In this document: positions 30,249 through 39,987 of the stretch, piece by piece | Numbering within the stretch: the stretch's first letter is position 1 | Layout of the letters: each line of letters opens with the position of its first letter | Source: Alphaproteobacteria bacterium | GTDB taxonomy: Bacteria; Pseudomonadota; Alphaproteobacteria; SHVV01 | DNA: 64,000 bases | Assembly (NCBI GenBank): GCA_965261735.1 | Contig: OZ253470.1 | Location: 2,560,001 to 2,624,000 of the forward strand | Direction: 5' to 3' | The notes under the pieces: model-generated | Databases searched by the model: none | Seen by the model: only the letters and a program-made list of their open reading frames with translations | Told to the model about the DNA's origin: nothing | Made by a program: the position numbers and the translations under genes

Positions 30249-30526
30249 CGATGCCAAAGAAGGGTGCGGAGTGGGTCCTGCATAACTTCCACTTCGACGG
30301 CTCTATTCTGGAAAAGGCCTTGGATTCTTGGGGCAGTGCGGGTGATGTCCATGTGAGCTTCCATGTCTTCAGGTATCCGAAATCTGCGCATCTCCATGAT
30401 TGGAACCGTGTGGGAGAAAGCCTGTATGGTGCGATAGGGGCTTACGATGAACCAAGAATCGAACGGAGAGAAGAAGGCCCGGGAGAGCAAAGAGGGTCCA
30501 AATCAAGCCTCGTTGCAGCCCGCTGA
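30245..30526 (+). CDS. hypothetical protein upstream of DUF2335 gene
   Basis: ATGA overlap with preceding ORF; DWNRVGESL segment. Confidence 0.45.
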   Translation: MTMPKKGAEWVLHNFHFDGSILEKALDSWGSAGDVHVSFHVFRYPKSAHLHDWNRVGESLYGAIGAYDEPRIERREEGPGEQRGSKSSLVAAR

Positions 30527-30918
30527 CCAGGAAGAAGTTCTCCCTCCCGAAGTCCTTGACGCCCTTCCAGAAAACTTACGTTCGGTAGCTATCCGGGCTG
30601 CGTAGTTTAGAGGCCCCCTTCCGCCTCCGACGATGTTCTCCGCCTACGAGGAAAGCCTTCCTGGCGCTGCTGAGCGCCTGTTCAGGATGGCCGAAAAAGA
30701 GCAAGACCATCGGATATCGTGGGAACAAGGCGCCCTGCAAGGATCGCACGACACGACGAGACGCGGTCAGTGGCTAGGCTTTGCCATGTCAATCTTTGGC
30801 AGGTTTCATTGCCATGAATGGCGCCACAATCGTGGGTGCGCTGATTGCAGGCGGGAGCTTCATTGGCCTGCTGAGATCGCTTATCAAAATTTTAATTGAT
30901 AAAAATGCTGACAGATAG
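30447..30918 (+). pseudogene. DUF2335 membrane protein pseudogene
   Basis: FRGPLPPP...YEESLPGAAERLFRMAEKEQDHR motif; in-frame TAG at 30603-30605 and a frameshift near 30795. Confidence 0.75.
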
Positions 30919-30960
30919 CTTTTCCTGCTTATCCGTGACACTCCGCCTATGGGGATGTAT

Positions 30961-30975
30961 GTTCTCAATATGTTC
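30961..30975 (+). promoter_or_regulatory. LexA (SOS) box upstream of IS1595 transposase
   Basis: GTTC-TCAATAT-GTTC matches alphaproteobacterial GTTC-N7-GTTC. Confidence 0.7.
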
Positions 30976-30995
30976 TGTATGAGGGGGTCACGGTT

Positions 30996-31931
30996 ATGGG
31001 GTTCAAGGTTGCATCGCGCGTGCGTGGTCTGAACGACGAGGCGTTTCGGGAGGCCTTCGGCACCAAGGAGCAGTGCCGCGCGGCGCTGGTCCGGCTGCGC
31101 TGGCCGGGCGGCTTCGTCTGCCCCTGCTGCGGCCATCGGGAGCATTGCGTGTTGGCGGGTCGGGGTCTCTATCAATGCAACCGGTGCAAGAAGCAGACAT
31201 CGCCCACGGCGGGCACGATCTTCCACGCGACCAAGCTGCCGCTGACAGTCTGGTTTGCCGCCATCCACCTGATCGTGACGGCGAAGAACGGCATCTCGTC
31301 GGTGGAACTCGGCCGCCGTCTCGGGGTCAAGCAGCCGACGGCCTGGGCCGTGAAGCACAAGATCATGGCGGTGATGGCGCGGCGCGAGGGGGAGACGGCG
31401 CTTACGGGGCGGGTCGAGATGGACGACGCCTATCTCGGCGGGGTGCGCTCCGGCGGCAAGCGGGGCCGCGGCGCGGCGGGCAAAACGCCCTTCGTGGCGG
31501 CGGTCTCGACCAGTCCCGAGGGGCGCCCGCGCAAGCTGAAGCTGGCGCCGGTCAAGGGCTTCCGCAAGCGCGAGATCGCGCGCGGCGCCAAGCACTGGCT
31601 GGCCCCCGGCGCGGCGGTTGTGACGGACCGCCTGGGCTGCTGGAGCGCACTCGAAGAAGCCGCCTGCAGCCACCAGGCGATCCGCACCGGGTCGGGCCGC
31701 CAGGCGGCCCGCATGGCATCGTTCAAATGGGTGAACACGACGCTCGGCAACATCAAGAGCGCGATCACCGGGACTTATCGCAAGCTCGGCCCCGACCATG
31801 CCGGACGCTATCTCGCCAGCTTCGCCTGGCGCTACAACCGGCGCTATCAACTCCAGACAATGATCCCGCGTTTCGTCCATAGCGCCGCACGAAACCAGCC
31901 CATGCCCTATCGCCTCCTCATCGCCGGATGA
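30996..31931 (+). CDS. IS1595 family transposase
   Basis: RWPGGFVCPCC zinc ribbon, TAGTIF, VEMDD, GKRGRGA, VVTD, RYNRR. Confidence 0.94.
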   Translation: MGFKVASRVRGLNDEAFREAFGTKEQCRAALVRLRWPGGFVCPCCGHREHCVLAGRGLYQCNRCKKQTSPTAGTIFHATKLPLTVWFAAIHLIVTAKNGISSVELGRRLGVKQPTAWAVKHKIMAVMARREGETALTGRVEMDDAYLGGVRSGGKRGRGAAGKTPFVAAVSTSPEGRPRKLKLAPVKGFRKREIARGAKHWLAPGAAVVTDRLGCWSALEEAACSHQAIRTGSGRQAARMASFKWVNTTLGNIKSAITGTYRKLGPDHAGRYLASFAWRYNRRYQLQTMIPRFVHSAARNQPMPYRLLIAG

Positions 31932-32086
31932 CTTTCAGGGATAAGCAGGTAGCTTTTTGCCCTTATATCAGCTGCGGCAGGGCGCCTGGACCAGCGCGTA
32001 ATGCTGCATGTTCTGTCAAGCTTTCTTTGTAAGCCCCTTTGTCCCTGTCGATAGGGAGAGGAGTTCGTCAAGTTCGGAATGTGTAG

Positions 32087-33428
32087 ATGCCTAGGGCTTT
32101 GGCGGGAACCGACTTGGCCTGTATGGTGCCGCCGGCTATGGCTGTGACGCACACATCGCCGTTTCCAAGCGTATTGGCCGCTGTCCTCGAGCGCGACGGC
32201 ATAGCGCTCCCAGGGCACAGGGCGGAGCACGCGATCGCGTGCTTCAATCCCCACCACCGGGATGACGCGGCGATGTCAATGCGGATCGACACCGTGCGGG
32301 GGGGCTACCGCTGCTACGGGTGCGGTATCCGTGGGAACTCCTGGACCTATCTGACCCGGATAAGGGGCCTCGAGCCAAGGGCCGCCGAGGCGCTGCTTAC
32401 GGAGCTGGGCTGGCCCGAAGAGCTATTCCGCGTGTCCCACGTCTGGCTCGAGGAACAGGAGCGCGTGAAATCGGGTGCGGCCAAGTAACATGGACGAGCC
32501 CTGCATGACGGTCGGCGGATGCAACGGCGTGCCCCTGGCCAGAGCCATCGCCAAGCATGTCTACCGGCTCGCTAGTGGGAGCCTGGTATGCTTGCGCTTG
32601 AGGTACGAGGCCATTCACAGACGCATCCCGAAGTGCTTGACGTTCACGCCTTCCCACAGGGGCGGCTGGTGGGAGGCGCTTCCGAACAGCACCGCTGTAC
32701 CGTCCGAGGACCGGCACGGGGGCGGACTACCGCTCTATCGCCTTCCCGAGCTCTTGAAGGCTATCGAGGGCAACGACCGGGAGATTTGGATCGTCGCGGA
32801 CGAGAGGTGCGTCGATGCCGTTCTGGCGCTGCCGGACACAGACTTTTCCAAGGACGGAAAGGTCCCCGTCACATGCCTGTTCGGCGACTACCGGGGAAAA
32901 CCCGGACAATGCGACCTCGCTCCACTGCGGGGCCGAAGGTGCCTTCTGATCGCCGACACCGACACCAGAGACCGGAACGCCGTGCTGGCGACCGCGCGGG
33001 CGCTAGCGAAGCTCGATTGCGGTATCCGGCTTTGCCTGCCTGACGGCGAAGGCGGCTACGGCGTTGCCGATGCCATCGCCGAGGGCGGCTACCGGAACAT
33101 GATCGCCTGGATACGGAATGCGGGCATCCATCAGTTCCGCTGTGGCCCAACGCTACCGGCCGTCGCGGCTTACCTCGAAGACCTTCCGGCCGGACAGTGG
33201 GTCGTCGATCCCGCCGACCTCTACGCTGCCGCCGGCGTCGAGAAACGCCCGGATCGTCACACTGTTGCTTTGATCCGCGAGACCGCCGTTTCGACGGGCT
33301 GGGAATTCCGGCGGGTAAAGCGCAAGCCGTTCCGGGACCGGGCGATGTTCGTCCGGAAGGGAGCGAAACCGAAAGGACTACCCCGAGGGCGCCCGTTTGC
33401 GCTGATCGCCACCCACGCAAGCCTATGA
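32087..33428 (+). pseudogene. CHC2 zinc finger plus degenerate TOPRIM primase-like gene, split at 32486-32489
   Basis: CFNPHH...CYGC in ORF 32087-32488; PLYRLP...IVADERCVD...LIADTD in ORF 32490-33428; removing one A in AAGTAACATG fuses them. Confidence 0.65.
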
Positions 33429-33739
33429 TATTCCTGTAGTCCCGCGCTGATGGGCACCTCGGCATTAGCCAGTTGCTCTATTCCGGGAGCGCCTCGGATC
33501 CAGGCAAACAGAGGCAAAAATGGCCGATTCTTACTGGTCTCTTGAGGCGAGGGTGATCGGCGTCGGAGATTGCCGTCCGATTTGGAGTGCAAAGGTGATC
33601 ACTCTGATTGGGACATCCCGGTCGTCAATAGGGGACCCGCGCGGCTTCGTGTGGCGCCCTGCGACATGTGAGCGAGGCCGTGTGGGAGTGCCTCGACCCA
33701 CCGGGGCAACCGGGCCGCAGGGACCGCCGGCGGCGCGTC

Positions 33740-33860
33740 AGGAGCGGTTCTTGAAGCGCCAGCTCTCGTTGCCGGTTTCGATGATCTCGCAATGATGGGT
33801 CGGGTGGTCGAGTAAGGCCTGGTGATCTTGGGGTCGTCGAAAACACTCTTGCCCACGATC
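33740..33860 (-). pseudogene. IS21-family IstB C-terminal remnant
   Basis: SVFDDPKIT / ALLDHPTHHCEIIETGNESWRFKNRS* with a frameshift. Confidence 0.75.
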
Positions 33861-34234
33861 GACTGATATGGCCCACGAACGCCGCTCGCAAGAGGAAACT
33901 CCTGGGGTTTGGCGTTCTAGCTAACCTCGACTTGTGCCAGCGCGGGGCGATCGGGTGCCTTTCTCCATCGCCAAGCACCAAATCGGCAGCCCGTATGTTG
34001 GGCCGCGCGCCCAATACAAGACCGCCTCGCGGGAACAAGCGGGAACCCTCGCATAGCTGCTTTGGTTGTTTGGCGACCGGCCCGGCATCCCACCGGCGAC
34101 ATCGGCGGGTGATAGATCGTAGATCGATCGTACCGCGGGCCTCCTAGAGATTGGTCGGAAGGTCATCCGTATCTGGCACGACCAGAGGCTTGACTTCCTC
34201 GCTGGACAGACCGCCGCCGTTTTCCATGACCTCA

Positions 34235-36129
34235 GCACGTTTCTCGACATCGTCTGATGCACCGTTTTCTGTAGAGGGGGGATTCGTAGCCGCCACAACG
34301 CCACAACCGTTGCCCACAGCGGAGTTCAGCGATTTCCCATCCGCCACACGATCGGGGCTTGTGGCGGATACGGAATCACCAAACCCCGCGCTCACCTTGA
34401 GTTGTGGCGTTGTGGCGGATGGTTTTGGGGGGTCTTCGGAAGAAGGGATGTCATAGCGTTTCCAGGCCGGCTCAAAGGCAGCGCGCTTGTACCCCTTCGG
34501 CGTCGCGCCGCCATTCACGCGTATCGTGCTGGGAGCGATCCCGAAGCTCTTAAGCAGCGTCGCCAGGCCGCGCGGCGACAGCGGTTTGCCGCGTGACCAT
34601 TCGGACCAGGGGACGCGCTACCGGCGACCTCGACGTGCGACAGCGCGGGCTTCGATTTTATGATCGCGGATAACGGGGCGTACTAGAAATCGGTCGGATA
34701 GTCCGCATTCGGTTCGTCACCGTCGTGCCCCGTGATCGTCGCGCGTTTCTCGACATCGTCTGATGCACCGTTTCCTGTAGAGGGGGGATTCGTAGCCGCC
34801 ACAACGCCACAACCGTTGCCCACAGCGGAGTTCAGCGATTTCCCATCCGCCACACGGTCGGGGCTTGTGGCGGATACGGAATCACCAAACCCCGCGCTCA
34901 CCTTGAGTTGTGGCGTTGTGGCGGATGGTTTTGGGGGGTCTTCGGAAGAAGGGATGTCATAGCGTTTCCAGACCGGCTCAAAGGCAGCGCGCTTGTACCC
35001 CTTCGGCGTCGCGCCGCCATTCACGCGTATCGTGCTGGGAGCGATCCCGAAGCTCTTAAGCAGCGTCGCCAGGCCGCGCGGCGACAGCGGTTTGCCGCGT
35101 GACCATTCGGACCAGGGGACGCGCTACCGGCGACCTCGACGTGCGACAGCGCGGGCTTCGATTTTATGATCGCGGATAACGGGGCGTACTAGAAATCGGT
35201 CGGATAGTCCGCATTCGGTTCGTCACCGTCGTGCCCCGTGATCGCCGCGCGTTTCTCGACATCGTCTGATGCACCGTTTCCTGTAGAGGGGGGATTCGTA
35301 GCCGCCACAACGCCACAACCGTTGCCCACAGCGGAGTTCAGCGATTTCCCATCCGCCACACGGTCGGGGCTTGTGGCGGATACGGAATCACCAAACCCCG
35401 CGCTCACCTTGAGTTGTGGCGTTGTGGCGGATGGTTTTGGGGGGTCTTCGGAAGAAGGGATGTCATAGCGTTTCCAGACCGGCTCAAAGGCAGCGCGCTT
35501 GTACCCCTTCGGCGTCGCGCCGCCATTCACGCGTATCGTGCTGGGAGCGATCCCGAAGCTCTTAAGCAGCGTCGCCAGGCCGCGCGGCGACAGCGGTTTG
35601 CCGCGTGACCATTCGGACCAGGGGACGCGCTACCGGCGACCTCGACGTGCGACAGCGCGGGCTTCGATTTTATGATCGCGGATAACGGGGCGTACTAGAA
35701 ATCGGTCGGATAGTCCGCATTCGGTTCGTCACCGTCGTGCCCCGTGATCGCCGCGCGTTTCTCGACATCGTCTGATGCACCGTTTCCTGTAGAGGGGGGA
35801 TTCGTAGCCGCCACAACGCCACAACCGTTGCCCACAGCGGAGTTCAGCGATTTCCCATCCGCCACACGGTCGGGGCTTGTGGCGGATACGGAATCACCAA
35901 ACCCCGCGCTCACCTTGAGTTGTGGCGTTGTGGCGGATGGTTTTGGGGGGTCTTCGGAAGAAGGGATGTCATAGCGTTTCCAGACCGGCTCAAAGGCAGC
36001 GCGCTTGTACCCCTTCGGCGTTGCGCCGCCATTCACGCGTATCGTGCTGGGAGCGATCCCGAAGCTCTTAAGCAGCGTCGCCAGGCCGCGCGGCGACAGC
36101 GGTTTGCCGCGTGACCATTCGGACCAGGG
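34235..36129. repeat. 506-bp tandem repeat (3 full units plus 1 partial) of the Rep 3' end and putative origin
   Basis: units 34612-35117, 35118-35623, 35624-36129 and partial 34235-34611; near-identical with a few SNPs. Confidence 0.95.
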
Positions 36130-37935
36130 TCGGTCCTCCATAGTAACCAGGGCCGGTAGGATGGCGGGCTCTAGCGAGATTTGGGCCACATCGGGCTTGC
36201 CGGTTGGCAGGTGAGCGGGGTCGCCGGCGCCGCGGAATACTTGCCATAGGTCGGCAAGCAGCATTTCACGGGCACCGGTCTCAGATTCAGCGGACGCGTT
36301 GATCGCCTCGCAGGCTCGATATGCCCGGCCCGTTCCTCCAGCCCACTCGCCACCGGCAACCTCGCCGATCGCCAACAGGGCTTCCCAGGCGTCGCGGGTC
36401 CGGTCGTTCAGGACGGGTGGGAAGGCGACGGCGTTGCGGCGCTCCAGGACGGCGTCGCCGTCGTCGGCGATCCACCGGGCGAGCTTGCAGTTCAAATCCG
36501 CGATGGCTTGCTCGTCTCGGTCTCGCCAGCGCGGGAGATCGCCGACGTTGGGCGCACGACGCTCCAACCTAATCAGCAATGAGCGATCAAGGACGGTGTC
36601 GTGCAGGCTGCCGATCCCGCTTATCACCTTTGCGCACCAGATCCCAAAGAGGCGCGGTTCGTAATTGTCGCCCACCGTGCGCATGACATATGCCAAGTCG
36701 CGACGTTGGGAACCGTTGACGAGGCCTCTCAACTCCTTATCATCGCCCAAGAAGGTATCGGCTTCATCGAGTAGCAGCGTCGGCGCGTATAGTTCGATAG
36801 TGCGGAACAGGGCCGCCGGCGTGATTCTTCCGGAGGCAGCCAGCGGCTTGCACACCAGGGCGACAAGAACCTCCATCAACAGAGACTTGCCGCAACGCTT
36901 GGTTGCGCTCGTGATGTTCAAGAAGGTCGATATCTTGAGCCGGTCGTGCATCCATGTGTGGACAACCCACAGCGCCGCGGCGTCGGCCGACGTCTCGGGC
37001 ATGTCCACATAGCGCCGGATCAGCTCGGCAATGGCGTCGAGCAGCGCAGCACCGTCGACCGGGCCGGGCCAGGGTTCGACCTCGTCCCACTGTAGAGGCT
37101 GGCCTTGCAAACCGTCGCTATCCCTGCTCTCGGTGGCGGCCATGGCAGCTTTAAGGTCGCCGATCATGACCTTGGCTTCCCGCAGTTTGCGGAGTAGCCG
37201 TTGCCATTCGGCGGCGTTGTCGCGCCGAAGTTCCGCCAGCCTCGCCGGCATATCCGGCTCGAATGGCGCACCGGGATCGCTCTTGGCGCGCTCAGCAAGC
37301 TCATCCTTCCAGTCCATCGGCGTCCACTGCTTCGCTCCGGCTTCGATCCGTTCGCGAACATCGTCGGCGCCATCCGCCTCGATCCAGTCGAAGATGTCCT
37401 TTCCGTCGTCGCCCTCCGGTAGGTAGATGCGCACCTTGCATCCGAGCGAGTGGAGATGCTGGGCGAGAGCCTCCATCGCCTTGCGTCCGGGATCATCGGC
37501 GTCTGCGACCAACAGCACTTCTCGGCCCGCGAGCGGTTGCCAGTTCGTCCTATTCAGGGCTCTGCACCCGCCGGACCATGTAATGACGAGTTGGAACGCA
37601 AAAGCGTCGTGGGCACCGTCAGCGCACTTCTCACCCTCGACCACGACGACGGGGCCGGCGGACTTGGGGATGTCGGGGAGCCTGTAAAGCGGGCGCGGCG
37701 CAGGCATGCCCTTGAGCCTCCACTTGGAGCCATCCCAGGTCGCGGGACGGATGACCTTGTCGTCGTCAGGATCCTTGGGCAGCCACCGCGCCACATAGAA
37801 GGCAACGCCGCCTTCCGCCGTAGGGTAGGTCGAGATCTTCACCGGATCGCCGATGGCTTCCTGCGGTCGCAATTTGTCCCAATCCGGGGCGGGCGCGTCT
37901 GGCGGAACAGGACTGACCGGTCTGTAATCGGTCAT
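35695..37935 (-). CDS. replication protein: TOPRIM primase plus ATPase/DUF3631 domain
   Basis: VVEGEKCAD and VADAD TOPRIM motifs; SATKRCGKS Walker A, LLLDEAD Walker B; ATGA overlap with upstream ORF. Confidence 0.87.
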   Translation of the reverse strand: MTDYRPVSPVPPDAPAPDWDKLRPQEAIGDPVKISTYPTAEGGVAFYVARWLPKDPDDDKVIRPATWDGSKWRLKGMPAPRPLYRLPDIPKSAGPVVVVEGEKCADGAHDAFAFQLVITWSGGCRALNRTNWQPLAGREVLLVADADDPGRKAMEALAQHLHSLGCKVRIYLPEGDDGKDIFDWIEADGADDVRERIEAGAKQWTPMDWKDELAERAKSDPGAPFEPDMPARLAELRRDNAAEWQRLLRKLREAKVMIGDLKAAMAATESRDSDGLQGQPLQWDEVEPWPGPVDGAALLDAIAELIRRYVDMPETSADAAALWVVHTWMHDRLKISTFLNITSATKRCGKSLLMEVLVALVCKPLAASGRITPAALFRTIELYAPTLLLDEADTFLGDDKELRGLVNGSQRRDLAYVMRTVGDNYEPRLFGIWCAKVISGIGSLHDTVLDRSLLIRLERRAPNVGDLPRWRDRDEQAIADLNCKLARWIADDGDAVLERRNAVAFPPVLNDRTRDAWEALLAIGEVAGGEWAGGTGRAYRACEAINASAESETGAREMLLADLWQVFRGAGDPAHLPTGKPDVAQISLEPAILPALVTMEDRPWSEWSRGKPLSPRGLATLLKSFGIAPSTIRVNGGATPKGYKRAAFEPVWKRYDIPSSEDPPKPSATTPQLKVSAGFGDSVSATSPDRVADGKSLNSAVGNGCGVVAATNPPSTGNGASDDVEKRAAITGHDGDEPNADYPTDF
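35808..35936. other. putative element origin: mirrored CGCCACA iterons (same block in each repeat unit)
   Basis: 18-bp inverted repeat CCGCCACAACGCCACAAC / GTTGTGGCGTTGTGGCGG enclosing 10-bp inverted repeat ATCCGCCACA-N11-TGTGGCGGAT. Confidence 0.65.
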
Positions 37936-38336
37936 GGCGCCACCCGGAGCATTTCGGCGAGCTTGCGCGCAGCTTCGACTTGCGACAGATCGAACAGATA
38001 CGCGGCAAGGCTGATCGGATCGCCGCCCCTGGCATCGCTCAGGGCGAAGTCGGCCCAGCGGCCGGTTTCCAGGTTCACCTTGAACGAGCCGGTATGGCGG
38101 TCCGCGCGGAGCCGGTTCAGCGCGACCCACTCCCGGCCTTCTCGTCGGCCGCCCGGGAGCCAGCCCATGACTAGCGCCGGGAGACAAGCGAGCGCGGCCG
38201 CGTTGACTGCAGCGAAGTCCGGTCCCGCCTTGTTGCGGGCGCGGGCTACGGTTGTAGAATCAACTCGTGAGTATCGAGAGACACTACGCGCCGTTCCGGC
38301 TTCCCGTGCCGGACGGCGCTTCCATTTCCGGCGCAT
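37932..38336 (-). CDS. primase N-terminal-like accessory protein
   Basis: WLPGGRREGREW...GSFKVNLETGRWADFA...GGDPISLAAYL; zinc-binding-domain-like segment without Cys ligands. Confidence 0.7.
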   Translation of the reverse strand: MRRKWKRRPAREAGTARSVSRYSRVDSTTVARARNKAGPDFAAVNAAALACLPALVMGWLPGGRREGREWVALNRLRADRHTGSFKVNLETGRWADFALSDARGGDPISLAAYLFDLSQVEAARKLAEMLRVAP

Positions 38337-38339
38337 GCG

Positions 38340-38588
38340 TCATGCCCTGCCCGGGGCCTTTGGATCGGCGATAGGCCGCGACTCGATCCATTTCTGGATA
38401 TCTGACAGGCGCCAAGCGACTGCGCCTCTCGGGCCGCTGCCGATGCGGACGGGACGTGGAAACCAGCCTTGGTCCATCTTCGCGTAAATGGCTGCGCAAC
38501 TCATGGCGGTCATCGCCTCGACTTCGGGCCGACGCAGCAACCGGTCAAGAGTGTTCGAGGGTGGTTTCGTAAAGGATGCGGTTTTCAT
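38340..38588 (-). CDS. alpA: AlpA family regulator/excisionase
   Basis: RLLRRPEV...IYAKMDQGWFPRPVRIG...VAWRLSDIQKWI. Confidence 0.9.
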   Translation of the reverse strand: MKTASFTKPPSNTLDRLLRRPEVEAMTAMSCAAIYAKMDQGWFPRPVRIGSGPRGAVAWRLSDIQKWIESRPIADPKAPGRA

Positions 38589-38696
38589 TGTGCGACTCCG
38601 TTTCTTGGAAATCGCTACCCATTATTGGCATTTCGCAAGAGTTCGCAGGATGATAAATCGCATTTATCCTCACAAGGAGGGCACGGGCGCCGGTGT

Positions 38697-39599
38697 TCAG
38701 TTCAGGGTGCGGCCCTGTTCTCGCCAGCGTCGCAGAATGGCTCGTATCTGCACAACAATTGCGCTTACCCGGTCCTGCTCGCGCCAGCGTTCCAGCATGG
38801 CCGGCCCTAGCGCAACACCGTTTTCCTTGTCCTTGGTCGGCTCCCACACTGATCTTGCCGTCTCGTACGAGAAGTCCCCGTCTCCGTTCTGCTGAAATGC
38901 AAGCGTCACGGCGTCCAAAATTGACTTGTGCCGAGGAGCGCTTTTGCGGGTTGGGTCCATGCCCGTTAGGTAGGCGAGGTGCGCGACGGTGTAGTTGATG
39001 CGCCTGTCGCGCAACCAGTTCTTCGTCGGCGGCCCCTTACCACCGTAGCGGGGCAGGTTCTCAAACCGGGACTTTGCAGAACGCGCGCGGAGCTCACGTG
39101 GGAGAGGCTCACCCTCTAGATCGAACAGCCCCAAGAGAGCACGGAGAACAAGCTCCCCCTCATAAACTTCCTGCTTGGCATTTAGAAGAAGACTTGAACA
39201 ATGCAGGCAGCCGCCATTGCAGTAGATCTCAAACAGCAATTCGGCGAAGCTTTGGACCAAAACCAGATCTTCGGGTGGCACACTGTCGAAACGGGGGCGG
39301 TTCTTACTGTTGAGCGCGGAACCATCGCGCATACTCTTGTCGAATAGGAGGTTTTCTGCCGCCTTTACCATTTTATCGAAGTCGAAGGCGCGACCCATGC
39401 GACCGGCGGTGACGGGCGGGCTCCCTTTCTGTGAGGTTTCCCGGCCCCACAGGTCGGCGCTTGTAGCGCCGTCGGGATGCGCGTCGGAAATGCTCTCTAA
39501 AAGCGCGTCGTCATCATCCTGATATCTACGAACGAAAGCATCCTGCTTCGCTTGCAGAGCCGCCGTGTGTGGGCGGCAGGAGCATTCCGGGCTATTCAT
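38697..39599 (-). CDS. hypothetical protein (300 aa) between integrase and alpA
   Basis: long ORF in lower-GC DNA; its start overlaps the integrase stop in the reconstructed empty site. Confidence 0.6.
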   Translation of the reverse strand: MNSPECSCRPHTAALQAKQDAFVRRYQDDDDALLESISDAHPDGATSADLWGRETSQKGSPPVTAGRMGRAFDFDKMVKAAENLLFDKSMRDGSALNSKNRPRFDSVPPEDLVLVQSFAELLFEIYCNGGCLHCSSLLLNAKQEVYEGELVLRALLGLFDLEGEPLPRELRARSAKSRFENLPRYGGKGPPTKNWLRDRRINYTVAHLAYLTGMDPTRKSAPRHKSILDAVTLAFQQNGDGDFSYETARSVWEPTKDKENGVALGPAMLERWREQDRVSAIVVQIRAILRRWREQGRTLN

Positions 39600-39600
39600 G

Positions 39601-39987
39601 GGGGCTTATCCACGTAGCTTGACAAGGAACTTACATACCTAATGCCAAACCCCTAGGAGGGAGCTATGGCTGACGCAACATCCTCTCAGCCAACTCAACA
39701 AGGCTCTTTCCAATTTCCAGAGCCTCTTCAGCCGGAAGAAGAATGGTTAGAGCTTTATGATGCTCGGTTTTATCTTCTGGAAAATCAAGACGTACCGACT
39801 TTTGTATTCCATGTGGCAGCTTCGCGGTTGTGGCGGCCGTGACCTGGATTTTGCCCATAACTCACTCCTCTCTGTATCAATCCCCATATGCGTACCAGCG
39901 GGCGGAGCGCTCATGCTAGCTGTACAGGGCGCCTGGACCAGGCAGGTAGTTGCTGCGGGTTCTTGTCAAGCTTTCTTTGTAAGCCCC
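39601..39987. mobile_element. non-autonomous insertion cassette 2 (387 bp)
   Basis: TIRs GGGGCTTATCCACGTAGCTTGACAAG and GGGGCTTACAAAGAAAGCTTGACAAG; 8-bp TSD TATTCATG at 39593-39600 and 39988-39995. Confidence 0.9.
39664..39858 (-). CDS. 64-aa passenger protein of cassette 2, unknown function
   Basis: GAGGAG RBS upstream of ATG; lies wholly within the TIRs. Confidence 0.65.
   Translation of the reverse strand: MGKIQVTAATTAKLPHGIQKSVRLDFPEDKTEHHKALTILLPAEEALEIGKSLVELAERMLRQP

Larger units (their letters stand above)
30924..31949 (+). mobile_element. IS1595-family insertion sequence (ISSod11-like), complete
   Basis: TIR CCTGCTTATCC(G/C)TGA at both ends; 8-bp TSD TAGCTTTT at 30916-30923 and 31950-31957. 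Confidence 0.93.
29787..32037. mobile_element. non-autonomous insertion cassette 1 (2251 bp)
   Basis: TIRs GGGGCTTATAAAGGAAGCTTGACAGA and GGGGCTTACAAAGAAAGCTTGACAGA; 8-bp TSD TTTGTCCC at 29779-29786 and 32038-32045. Confidence 0.88.

Noticed and set aside
30437-30445. Fifth copy of the cassette TIR (GGGGCTTAC)
   Set aside because: Only 9 bp match; the AGCTTGACA part and a TSD are absent.
34235-36129. CRISPR array or DGR template/variable repeat
   Set aside because: Units are 506 bp and contiguous with no unique spacers; differences are few, and no cas or reverse transcriptase gene is in the window.
37936-38187. N-terminal extension of Rep (830-aa ORF)
   Set aside because: It overlaps the better ORF 37932-38336; the ATGA coupling supports a start at 37935.
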